64,000 nt of DNA from Macrostomum lignano (taxonomy: Eukaryota), in the NCBI GenBank assembly GCA_002269645.1, contig NIVC01000126.1, forward strand, positions 496,001 through 560,000, read 5' to 3'. Each line of letters begins with the position of its first letter. Within the stretch, counting starts at the first letter, position 1. Under the pieces are notes generated by a model. The model did not search any database and was not told the DNA's origin. It saw nothing but the letters and a program-made list of their open reading frames with translations. Both the position numbers and the translations under genes were made by a program. Shown here piece after piece: positions 13,871-24,498 of this stretch.

Positions 13871-13955
13871 ATGGTTAACCTTACTTAAACTATTCCAGTT
13901 CAGAATCTATTGTTAATACTAAGCTGGTTCAGCAAATTAAATTGACGATATAAAA

Positions 13956-16900
13956 ATGTCTAATTCGGCCGAGGACTCAGATTCAAATCAAGTCGGCGGT
14001 GGCGGCTCCTCTTTTGAAGAGGATGATGAAGAGCTCTGCTTGGGTCCGGAGGCTGACCCTGATGCTGATGCAGCTGATGCCGATCCGGTTGCCCAGGAGA
14101 TGGAGCTTGTTGGCGGCAGCGGGGGTGACAAGTTTGCCTCGGGAGAAGACAGTTCCGCTACAGCTGCAGAGCAATCAAGTGAGCGGTTGTTGATTGAGGA
14201 TTTCAAGATTCTCATTCTATGGCCTTAATCCTAGGATTTTTGTTGTTGGGATTCACCTAAAACCTCGTGTCGATTGTGGCATTTACTGGTACCTAGTGTT
14301 CTGTTTAAATTTGGAATGCGCCTCTTCGGATTCAGTATAGAGAATTAATTCAACCAATTTCTGGATTCCCAGTTCTGATGCTCAGTTTGGGATTTCCCAT
14401 TCCTTTTGTTCACTTTGGGATTTCCCTGTCCTTTTGTTCACTTTGGGATTCCCCATTCCTTTTGTTCACTTTAGGATTTCCCTGTCCTTTTGTTCACTTT
14501 GGGATTTCCCTGTCCTTTTGTTCACTTTGGGATTCCCCATTCCTTTTGTTCACTTTGGGATTTCCGTGTCCTTTTGTTCACTTTGGGATTCCCCATTCCT
14601 TTTGTTCACTTTGGGATTTCCCTGTCCTTTTGTTCACTTTGGGATTTCCCTGTCCTTTTGTTCACTTTGGGATTCCCCATTCCTTTTGTTCACTTTGGGA
14701 TTTCCCTGTCCTTTTGTTCACTTTGGGATTCCCCATTCCTTTTGTTCACTTTGGGATTTCCCTGTCCTTTTGTTCACTTTGGGATTTCCCTGTCCTTTTG
14801 TTCACTTTGGGATTCCCCATTCCTTTTGTTCACTTTGGGATTTCCCTGTCCTTTTGTTCACTTTGGGATTCCCCATTCCTTTTGTTCACTTTGGGATTTC
14901 CCTGTCCTTTTGTTCACTTTGGGATTCCCCATTCCTTTTGTTCACTTTGGGATTCCCCATTCCTTTTGTTCACTTTATGATTCCCCATTCTTTTTGTTCA
15001 CTTTGGGATTCCCCATTCATTTTGTTAAATTTTGGATCATGCTTGGGCGCAACCTAGGGATTCACCCGGTCGTTTCTATTGGCAACACACACATGTAAGT
15101 CGCTATTGGACGGAATAGTAGTCACGTGACTGCTCTCAGCCAATAGCGACTTACATCTGTGTGTTGCCAATAGAAACGGCCGAGTGATTCCCAAGGTTGG
15201 GCATGTATGTTTGGGATTCTCCAGTCCGTTTCTTCACTTTGGGATTCCCCAGTTTATATGTTTATTTTGTTGATTTCCCAGTCCTTTTGTTCACTTTGGG
15301 ATTCCCCATTCCTTTTTTTTCACTTTTGGATTCCCCATTCCTTTTGTTCAATTTGGGATTTCCCATTCTTTTTTATCACTTTGGGATTCCCCATTCCTTT
15401 TTTTCACTTTGGGATTCCTCATTCCTTTTGTTCAATTTGGGATTCCCCAGTTTATATGTTTAATTGGGGGATTCCCCAGTCCTGATGTTAAGTTTTGGAT
15501 TGGCCAGTTCTAAATTTTATTTTTATTTACCTCAATTTGACTCGCCTCTTGTAACTCCATCTCAACCTGCTCTACCCAGCTTCCTCTCGCGAGCGCAGAC
15601 GCCGCGCCGCAATGTGCGGTCGCCGGCGCCGACGCGTGTGCATCGTGCCGCAGTGCTACTCAAGCGAGATGTCGAATCCACCGGTACATCTATACTCGTT
15701 TCCACAGCATCCGGTCCTCAGCGAGCTGTGGAAGCGCTGCGTTGCTAATCCGAAATTGAGCACCGTTGCTTCGAAACTGCTCTGCGAACGGCAATACGTT
15801 GTCTGCAGTCAGCACTTCGAAGACGTCTGCTTTGAGAATCCGTCCGCCCGACGTACTGCCGTCTCGGAGGCCCGATTGAAATGGAACGCCGTGCCAACCC
15901 TGGGCTTGGTTGGCGGCCGCTCCGAGGCGCACCCGAATGGCGGCTCCCCGCTGTACGCTGGCTCCAATCTGGCCATGACATCCTCGGCGACGTCAGCGGC
16001 TGGCACCGGCGCGTCATCGTCGGCTGATTTGCCCGACGTCAGCTCTGGCGATTCCTCGGATTGTGAGTTTGGGGAGTGGGATTCTTATGTAAAGGAACTG
16101 GGATTTCCCCGTTTAGGTATTGGAATTCCCCTGGTGTAAAAATGAGACTCGCTGGTGTAAAAATGGGATTTCCGTGTTTAGAGATTGGCATTACCCTAAT
16201 GTAGAACTGAGATTTCCCCGTTTAGGGGTTGGAATTCCCACGGTGTAGAAAGGGAATTCCACTGATGTACACCAGGGGAATTTCCCTGGTGTAGAAATGA
16301 GATTTTCGTGTTTAGTGATTGGGATTCCTATGATGTAGAAATGGGATTTCCGTGTCTAGAGATGTTGATTCCTTTGATGTAGAAATAGGATTCCCTGATG
16401 TAGAAATGGGATTTCCCTGATTTAGAAATGGGATTTACCTGATTTAGAAATGGGATTTACCTGATTTAGAAATGGGATTTTCCTGTTTAGAGATTTGGAT
16501 TTCCCTGGTGAAGAAATGTGATTTCCCTGTTAGTGGAAAAGGATTGTCTAAAAGTGATCAGGAATAACCTGATTTACCTGATACGGAAACGCTACATTAA
16601 AGTTTTGCTACTATAAGTATTAGTTCTTTTTTCTTATTTATATTTTACTTATAAATGCGCCTGCAGGTAACGACGGCAATTTGGTTATCGTAAAGGCCGA
16701 GCAGCCGCCGACCTGCAAGTCTCCCACCGGTTCTCAGTCGTGAGTTCAATTCAAGAATCCGCTTTCACCCCTGAAGTCAATTCTGAAATTCACAAATCAC
16801 CACCAACCAACAAATTTCCCACAGCGCTCGATCCACTGCTCAGCCGCCCAAGCCGCTACAGCCAAGACAGGCCAAGCTGTCCGCAGTCGCAGCTATTGAT

Positions 16901-17335
16901 AGCCATGTCGCTTCGTCATCATCTCCAGCTACCTCAGTTGCAGCTTCATCTGCAACCATCGAGTCGACAACTCAGCCTCCCAGTTTGCTACTAGCCAATG
17001 GCAACAATAATTTCGTTTCGGCGTCGTCAAAATCTGCGCCAAGCCTAACCGGGCAAGGTCAGGAATACAGTCTGCTGACTCGTATTGTTAGAATAGCGCT
17101 CAACTTAGACCAAGCTCAAACTGGCATGCTTCGCGAGCTCTGCTCGTTGAAACGTCGTCAGCGACAGCAGCAAACTCTACTTGGCCACCTGTGCGACCAG
17201 CTGGCTCGGTCTGTTGCGGCGCAAACGGCCACCCAGATGCCGCCTGCTAAGCGAAGTCGGCTTGATAAAGACGATAGAAATAATGGTGCTTCAGGCGAGG
17301 GAGGCAGCGGCGCTGGTGGCGGCGTTTCGCTTTGA
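13956..17335 (+). CDS. THAP zinc-finger domain protein (~429 aa, 4 exons)
   Basis: Exons 13956-14178, 15580-16062, 16667-16739, 16825-17335, GT-AG and in phase. THAP signature CIVPQC...LYSFP...W...VCSQHF...LKWNAVPT; probable C-terminal coiled coil (LDQAQTGMLRELCSLKRRQRQQQ). Confidence 0.88.
14385..15025. repeat. 28-bp minisatellite, THAP intron 1 (degenerate copies to ~15480)
   Basis: Two variants mixed: TGTTCACTTTGGGATTCCCCATTCCTTT and TGTTCACTTTGGGATTTCCCTGTCCTTT. Confidence 0.96.
15051..15198. mobile_element. ~148-bp palindromic MITE-like insertion
   Basis: Arms of about 59 bp (AACCTAGGGATTCACCCGGTCGTTTCTATTGGCAACACACACATGTAAGTCGCTATTGG) in near-perfect inverse; interrupts the 28-bp array. 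TSD not resolved. Confidence 0.7.
16085..16545. repeat. degenerate ~22-bp repeats, THAP intron 2
   Basis: Repeated TGATGTAGAAATGGGATTTCCC-like units. Confidence 0.8.
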
Positions 17336-19596
17336 TCTGACTCTGATTTAAACGTTAGCTGCTTTCAGTCTATTATCGTTCTTTGTCAGTTTCTATCATT
17401 ATTCGTTTCTGTACAGGCAAAATTAAACTTATAAAATGCTTATTGATATACTCAGCAACATTGAAAAGTCGCCAGTCCCCACCCTTTGCCCCAGTGAGCA
17501 GTCTTTCGACCAGTGTCTCATCATCTGACTAACCAGTTTGATATTAATCTTGAAAAAACAATGAAAACCGGGTGGAAACTTCAATCCATTCCAATCTTCC
17601 GCTCTTCCCAAATCCCTGCTCCCCCAGCCCAACTCTGCGTCGTGTGGCGAAAGTTGCGTCACTTAAAAGTCAACACTGAGCTAGAATTTACTGCGCAATC
17701 TCAAAGGTGGGGACTTTTTAATTTTAATGTTGTTGAGTATATTTATTTACAATGATTTCATAAGTGTTAAACTTACTCCATTTGTTAATAATTTAATTCA
17801 ATTTATGTCCTAAATTATACTTACGATATTTTATAGATACTCCTAGTCTGCGGATTTTTATTTGATTGTTTGTATTAATAGAGATAGTGTGAAATAAAGT
17901 GACGTTACAATTACAGTTAAAGTAGTTAAAGTTACTACTATAATTATAGAAAGTCTTATTACTTTTTAAAGAGTCAATCAATGTACAGTTAAAGTTGGGG
18001 TTGAAGTGAAGGCAGGCTAATTTGGGTGAGGCGGGGAGTAGAAGCGCCTAAAAAATCGATAAAATCAACCTCCCTCCCCAGGCGTCTATATAACTGTACA
18101 GTAAGCCACCAGCAATTAAAGTGGGGGTGGGGTTAGCGAAGGAGATCTAAGCAAGGCTTTAGTTTAAAAACCCTCACCGCCGCACGTAACCGTCTCCGTC
18201 AAATACAAGGGAGGAAGGAAAACGGGTTTTAAGTAAGGACTGAAAAAATCGATACGCCAAACCATCGGTAGGATGTACGGTTGGTTAACCATTATAACCA
18301 ACTCCAATCAAGCGTTGTGTTTAGCGAGGGAAATGAGGTGGGAAAAGACAAACAGAAAAATCGATAATACTTATCCACCCCATATAGCATAGCCAAGTGC
18401 AGTTAAGCAGTCACCCACTGCATACACCTGGGCGTCGCTATCGCAACTCGCAAAATAAATATTGTTTGTAATTTTATACTACGGTCGTAAAAACTGCACC
18501 ATTTTGTTGGTACGTTAATTTATTGTTTTACGTGTTTAATGTCTTCTTGCTGAATTACAATTAGAATAATAATAATGATTATATGTAACTATATGAATTC
18601 GTTTGCATTTCTATTTCTATATTTTGTTCATAAACCGAAAGTTAATGTATAAAAATTTATTCAGTCTTATGATAATGATAATAAAGTCACAATCATATTT
18701 TGTTGTTAATTCCAATGGATTATTGCTTAAAAATAATAGACCTACTATATTACTTATCGGAATAACAAATACGCGATTTATTTTCAAATTCAAGCGATCA
18801 GAAACTGATATGTATTTAACTTCAATAATTGTGTTCAATTAGACAGTTCAATATAGAAATAAATTGTTTCAGTTGAATTGGTATGCTAACGAGCTACTTG
18901 AATTTTTTTGTCATTCGCTGCTGAGAAAATGGCAATAAAACATGCCAATATTGATTAGTTGTTAGTCATTTTTTATATCTATTTATCTTTGTTAAGAAAT
19001 CTTGCTATCTTTAATGGAATTCATGTACAATGTTATTACCAAGTATTAGTACAGCTTACTGAGGCATTACTGCCCATTCTGCCGGCTCCCCTGGGCAGGC
19101 AGCCCCTGTCTGCTATCGTAATAGCAAAACTTAAGTTAACATGGTACTTAATTAAGCAAGTGTATTAAAGCTCTAAATCTGGGATGCAAATGCGCGTTGG
19201 GGTAAGAACATTGTGTTAGTACTTTCACCTTTACATCTTTTAGGGACAAGATATTTAGGTGGAATTATGACAGTTATGATCTTATGATAAAGATTTGTCT
19301 AAATATCAGTGTATCAGTGTAATGTACAAAATTACAGCCTTAACTTCTCATAATATACTTGTTTTCTCTGTTCACCAATGCATACAATACCATAAATAAG
19401 TAGCTAGCTTAGGCGTTTTTTCTAAAAGTCCTAGTAAGACATGTCAAATTTAACATTCAAAGCTATGCAAGTGTTCTTGCGCAATAAACAATCAATGTCT
19501 CTGTCTCCTACTTTTAGTACTAGAAACTGAAATCTGTGTCAGTGTCATTCTAAAGAAGTTGCTTACTGTTTTAAATCTGTTCGGGTTCGGGTCCAT

Positions 19597-20006
19597 GAGA
19601 ATTGCCCGCCGAGATTCGGTCGCCGAACTTTGCCCGCAATGCTTTTTCTGCAGCGCATTCATTTAGCCACGCGCAGATGGTGTCTGCATCCCCCCCCAAT
19701 GCTCCCAATGCTTCTTAATGAAGAGATTTACCAGATCCAACTGTTTCGATAGTAACCGCATATCAAATGCATATTTTTCTTGTACGTTTTCATTTCTATA
19801 TACATGTAGGGGTACATCTGGTGAGCAATAATTCATGCATATGCCATTTCGCTTTGTCTCCATAAATCATTTTTAAGACTGTCTGCATTGCCTTTGCAGT
19901 TTGCCCCCTCCCCAATGCTAAGTAAAAGTCTGCGCGTGGCTAAATGCGTACAGAAAAAAGCATTGCTGGCAAAGTTTGGCGGGAATAGCTCTGCGGGCAA
20001 ATCGTC
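19597..20006. mobile_element. MITE-like inverted-repeat element
   Basis: TTTGCCCGCAATGCTTTTTCTG...ATTTAGCCACGCGCAGA (~19629-19677) is inverted at ~19930-19975; outer GAATTGCCCGC / GCGGGCAAATC match. TSD not resolved. Confidence 0.6.
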
Positions 20007-20056
20007 TTACTCTTAATTCCTTCGTGCTGCATGTTTACTGCATTGTTTAGCCATAA

Positions 20057-21747
20057 TCACAAAGATCGATCGTAGGTGAGAATAGCCCGACTAATTGTCT
20101 GCGCCGTTTTCTCTCGCCTGCTCAGCCTGCGTCGGTGGTTCCGTTTTTTCTGCTGTTTGTCCTTTTCTTGTTGTTGCTTCTCTTCTTGCTGTTGCCGCTG
20201 CTGCCGCTCCAGGATGCTCGCCTGCCCGCGCGTCGGCTCCCCGGCGCAGGCGCGCATTCGAGCTGCCAGGCGTTCGCTCGGACTCGGCGCCTCGACGAAC
20301 GCGTCGACTACCAGCCGGTCTTGGCCTTGGCTGAGCTCCAGCAGGGTCCGGTGACGTCTGAGATGTCGCTGGACGAACGGCAGCGAGCTCGGACCGACAG
20401 CGTCGCTGAACTCCCTGCGATTGAGTGTGTTTACGCTTTTATCATGCGCTACTCTTATTCGAGCAAAGATATGTGAGTCAGATTTTGATGTTTGGAGAGC
20501 CTTTTCGACCAGGCCAGAGCAGCTTTTAGCGGTCAATGCGTACGATTTGCGCCACGACCCCTGCTATCCATGCGCAACTAGACATTCATTTGCGGCTTGT
20601 GCACAAAAATGGGCCGGGCGATTGTCGTGCGATTCACCGCCCATGATAGCCAGCCCCCCAGAGAGTGTACAGTATTTGGCGCGCTTGTACAAATGTTTTA
20701 CATATGTATGTGCTCAGGAGTCAGCGGAATGGGCGCGATGGGCAGATATTTTACCTTAAGGTTGTGAAACGTTGTCGCTAAAGTAGCTCGTACATGTATT
20801 TATCCCGTATAAATAATACCGTTACCCGCGCGGGATGCCAGTTGCGTAACTTACAGTTGCGATCGGAGAGAAATGGCTCACCAGATCAGGATGGATACTT
20901 TTCAATGTTCGTGGATGTACAGTACATGTATATTTCCTTCCCCATGCGTTCGACCACTTCAGGAGCTTTTTGGGTTCCATTTTTGAGTAGATTAAAAGCG
21001 TTATGATAGAATACACAGAAAATTGTTAAAGTTTCCTACACCCCGCGACACGAAACCAGTGATCATTAAGTGGCAGCTTTAATCCAACTCTACTCTTGTA
21101 AGCCATAACTCTCCACTCTCTCCTCACCAGGCTAAGCCTTGTGACGCTAAGAAAAGTTGACTACTGGTTTCGATGTTTGGAGACTTTAGCATGTTGCTAT
21201 ATGCGTGTGTCCCAGCACCAATGCTTTACCTGCGATCAACTGCTTGCAGTCCTCCTGCAATCATCGTCTGGACGCCAGTCGGAGGCGGTGGCGGCGAAGG
21301 CACGGAGCCTGTCGCGGCTGTAGTCGGCAAAGACTCTAGCTGAGGGCCTCCTCGACGCTGGCCTACAGCGGACAAGTGCCGGCCATCCAGCTCCATCGAG
21401 GCTGATGCGGCGGCTATCGAATGGTCGCGTCTTCGACGCTGCCGCTCCATAGCAACCGTTGCCATGGTGATCTGGGAGGCCTCGCGATGCAGCTGTTGAT
21501 AATAATGTAGGGACTGAAGTCGTGGTGTAACTGAACTCGAAGGACCCGCAGGCTGCTGTTGCGGCTGATGCTTCCGAAGGTCGCGAGTTCGAAGCTGCCT
21601 GTTTTGATTATTATTGTCAACCTTTTCCGTCGGATGTTGATGATTAGTCGTGTCCTCCTGCAGCGATCGTCCCGGTTGCCACAATGTAGCGGATTCGAAC
21701 ACGGGACGTTTCAGTTCCACCAGCGGCAAACGTTGAGTTGTGGCCAT
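20057..21747 (-). CDS. hypothetical protein, 291 aa, 2 exons
   Basis: Exons 21747-21230 and 20414-20057 join in frame through a GT-AG intron (AVDR-R-EFSDAVG). GC-rich, coding-like, Q-rich. No family recognised. Confidence 0.6.
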
Positions 21748-22561
21748 GGCTACGTACCTATACTGCTGCTAATCTATAATTCGTAGCTAACCCTGCATTG
21801 GGTTTGCTAACCTGGAACTTTGCTCAGCTAAATACGTGCAGTATACAGCTACTATATATGTAGAACAATAGAAAGATGCAGATTTCATACCCAAGACTAG
21901 ATGCATATAGCTTGCAGAAGACACACACCAATATTTCTAGGGACTGCCGAATCACGAGCGTAAGCAGCAGATAAATGAGCAGCAATTGTCTCTGTCCTAC
22001 TCCTGTAGAGGGCTAGAAAAAAGATAGTTAAGTTTTACCTGCCACCTGCAGAGAAGAAGGCTTACGCTGTTGAGAGAAATATTTTCAAACGGTCTGAGTG
22101 TATATGTGCTTTTCAAATGCGACGTCGTTGAGAAGCGTGACGCTCCCTAAAAACCGCAGAGTTTTTGCTTCTCAAAGTGGCCAAAACGAAAAAATAAAAT
22201 TAGCTACCTACCCGCTTATTTAATTTCATGCCATAAATTAATCAACGAGACGCGAGAAACAGCTTTTCTAGACAAGCTAGACAATTATGGCCTAAAATGA
22301 CCCGTAAAAGGACTGAGAATGCACTCTCTAGTATTCATAGTAGCTCTGCTGAGTAAACAATTTTTTTTCAACCTAATAATTCAATCTTTATTTACCTAAC
22401 AGTGGCAGCCAGTGAGGGATATCGCATTGTATTACACGCTTAAAATTGATTCCTCGAGACTACTCAGCCGACTCGTCAAGGAGGAGCAAGTTCGAAAACT
22501 CGAAGGGACCTACAAGATACGAATAATATTATTAAGTTATGCCCCCCAACATGCACGATTA

Positions 22562-23610
22562 CACCTTTTTGCATTCAATTTCAGCAACAAGCTGGCATTC
22601 AAAATCGGCAAACTAAATTTAGCCAACCAAATCTTTATTCAATTTAAGCATGCTCGCATTCCATTTCAGCGAGCCACATTCAATTTCGGCAATCTGCATT
22701 CAATATAAAATACGATTGCTTATTTAATCGTTAAAAATTTGTTTGATGCCGTAAGCTGCCGAAATAGGACGCATAAAGGCCGAATTTGAACGCAAAAGTT
22801 GCCCAGTGTCTATGGCTTAGTTGTTTGGACTGCACACTAGCGCTCGCGCCGAAATTGAACGCAAAAACGACGAAATTGATTGCAAAAAGGTATATTTACA
22901 GAATGTGAATTAAACGGCGTTTATTATTTACTTAATTTTGTCTCAAACTTGTCTGCTCGTCTATGGGTAAACTTTATTGATGCGTGCAGATTTTGCACTC
23001 AATTTCGGCAATCTGCATAAAATTCAGCAAAATTCTATTGACTAAACGTAAAACGAAACAAATGTCGTCCAATACATGTGGACAGTGTCATAGGGAACAA
23101 AAGCAGAAAATCGAAGTCACGTCAAGTGTGGCCCTTCAGTCCCCATTGATGTGCATCCTGGCCAGGCATCTCGGTACAAAGCTGAAGCAGTGGTTGTACA
23201 TGTACCACTGGAGACACTTGTCCTGAGTGACGCTGTCGTTCACTGTTAGATCGGCGAAGCGCATCAGCTCGTCCCTTCGATATTCAGCCAGTGTACGCGC
23301 AGCGTGAGCTTCGTCGGATGGATTGATGAAAACCACATCAATAGGGACTTGACGTGACTTCGATTTTCTGCTTTCGTTCCCTATGACACTGTACATGTAT
23401 TGGACGACATTCGTTTCGTTTTACGTTTAGTCAATAAAATTTTGCTGAATTTGATGCAGATTGCCGAAATTGAATGTAGCTCGCTGAAATGGAATGCGAG
23501 CATGCTTAAATGGAATGAAGATTTGGTTGGCTAAATTTAGTTTGCCGATTTTGAATGCCAGCTTGCTGAAATTGAATGCGACTTTGGTTGAAATTGAGTG
23601 CAAAAAGGTG
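22562..23610. mobile_element. TA-flanked foldback / Tc1-mariner-like non-autonomous element
   Basis: Ends CACCTTTTTGCATTCAATTTC / GAAATTGAGTGCAAAAAGGTG, each flanked by TA. Long inverted arms: 22562-22705 with ~23455-23610, and 22993-23130 with ~23345-23470. Confidence 0.7.
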
Positions 23611-24498
23611 TATGAGTTCAGACCGTGAAGAGTTCCGATTGTCATAAACCACGACCATCAGCCCTCTCGTCCCCTTTAAGTCCCGCTTTTGTTTGTGTCC
23701 TATCTCTCTGCAGACATTCGTATATTCCAGAGCACCACTCCCTTGTTTTGTTTCCTCAAAATATGCTTGAGACTTCACATGCTTGAGAATCCACAAGAAT
23801 AAAAGTGCATCACTTCAGCCAATTCACTTGATAAGCGACTGCGAGCGAATTAATTAGACACTAGATGTAAATGCCATTAGTGATATTCGTGCAAAATGAT
23901 TGTATAAATTACAGACAGTTATTAGGACACACGTACTAATATATTTAGTATGTACTAATATATTTATAGTACACGGCAAGCTTCAATTCATGCAGTTTAT
24001 TCCAGTGTATTAGGTGACAGCAACACAAAAGAGATTCTTTAGCGAATGGATACTGCTAACGGAAGCGACTGTGCGCGCTTAATAAAATAATTAAAAATAT
24101 AATTACAAAAATTATAAGTATGGACATGTTAAAAGACTTGTCCAAAAAATCACCAAAAGGCATCAAAAGAAAAAAGGTTCTTACAAAATTAGAAAGGTGT
24201 TGTCCCGGAAAATTACTTAGAGGGGGCTTAAATAAACTTATGTTCGGCGGAATTCCCATGGAATTCCCGCCAAAGTACATAGATGTACACGTGGGATTCA
24301 CCGGCAACTGCATAGGGGAGTCGACTTTTATAGAGTTGCGTAGATTCCCGTAGAAGTACGTTGGGAATTCCCCGAAATTTAGTTCTTATAGGGATTTCTA
24401 AAAAAAGTACATGGGGACCCCCGGGGAAGAACATAGGGTATTTCCTTGGAAGTAAGTAAATACTTTAGGATTCTCCATGCTTCTACAAAAATCATCCA

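Noticed and set aside
11906-15485. Repetitive ORFs (CVHLGFRGR; FTLGFPIPFVH)
   Set aside because: Translations of the 27- and 28-bp minisatellites.
17982-18100. Tiny TA-flanked element (TGTACAGTTA...TAACTGTACA)
   Set aside because: Only a 10-bp inverted match; could be chance.
24230-24440. Possible right end of another CCC/GGG-terminal element
   Set aside because: No matching left TIR or TSD found.
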